Of a stretch of DNA of 64,000 bases, positions 63,755-64,000 are shown in pieces. The DNA lies in assembly GCF_009914755.1 (NCBI RefSeq), contig NC_060928.1; one strand, 5' to 3'. The notes beneath the pieces were generated by a model. The model was given only the letters and a program-made list of their open reading frames with translations. It made no database searches and was not told the DNA's origin. The DNA is from the human T2T-CHM13v2.0 reference genome, Homo sapiens. The first letter of the stretch is position 1, and every line of letters begins with the position of its first letter. Position numbers and translations under genes: made by a program.

Positions 63755-64000
63755 AGCTGGTTGCAGTGGCTCACGTCTGTAATCCCAGCACTTTGGGAGG
63801 CCAAGGTGGGTGGATCACCTGAGGTCAGGAGTTCGAGGCCAGCCTGGCCAACATGGTAAAACCCTGTCTGTACTAAAAATACAAAAATTAGCTGGGCGTG
63901 GTGGTAGGCATCTGTAATCCCAGTTACTTCGGAGGCTGAGGCAGGAGAGTCGCTTGAACCCAGGAGGCGGTGGTTACAGTGAACCAAGGTCATGCCATTG
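63755..64000 (+). mobile_element. AluS running off the window end
   Basis: Alu consensus. Confidence 0.92.

Overview
Primate (human or great-ape-like) genomic DNA made of segmental-duplication modules; no intact protein-coding gene is supported. From left to right: (1) 1-26.7 kb is rich in Alu, L1, L2 and MIR. It holds a CpG island with an open 339-nt first-exon-like ORF (minus strand, 15250-14912) that resembles, from recall, the distal first exon of RBFOX1, plus an ERVL fragment, a solo LTR12 and a VPS51 processed pseudogene fused to L1 sequence. (2) A ~6.8 kb block (26.7-33.5 kb) carries a solo HERV-K LTR5 and is repeated at 54.1-59.9 kb without the LTR, so the empty pre-integration site is visible. 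(3) Two OR7E olfactory receptor pseudogenes (33.9-34.9 kb and 51.8-52.7 kb) flank a 16 kb array of SATR-type palindromic satellite containing two tandem, LTR-less, env-less HERV-E gag-pol copies. (4) After ~59.9 kb is sequence not repeated within the window. The layout fits the OR7E/VPS51P segmental-duplication family. I found no convincing new biological system; the best leads are the duplicated open first exon, the satellite-ERV cassette and the chimeric retrocopy. Family assignments are from recall of consensus sequences, not from a search.
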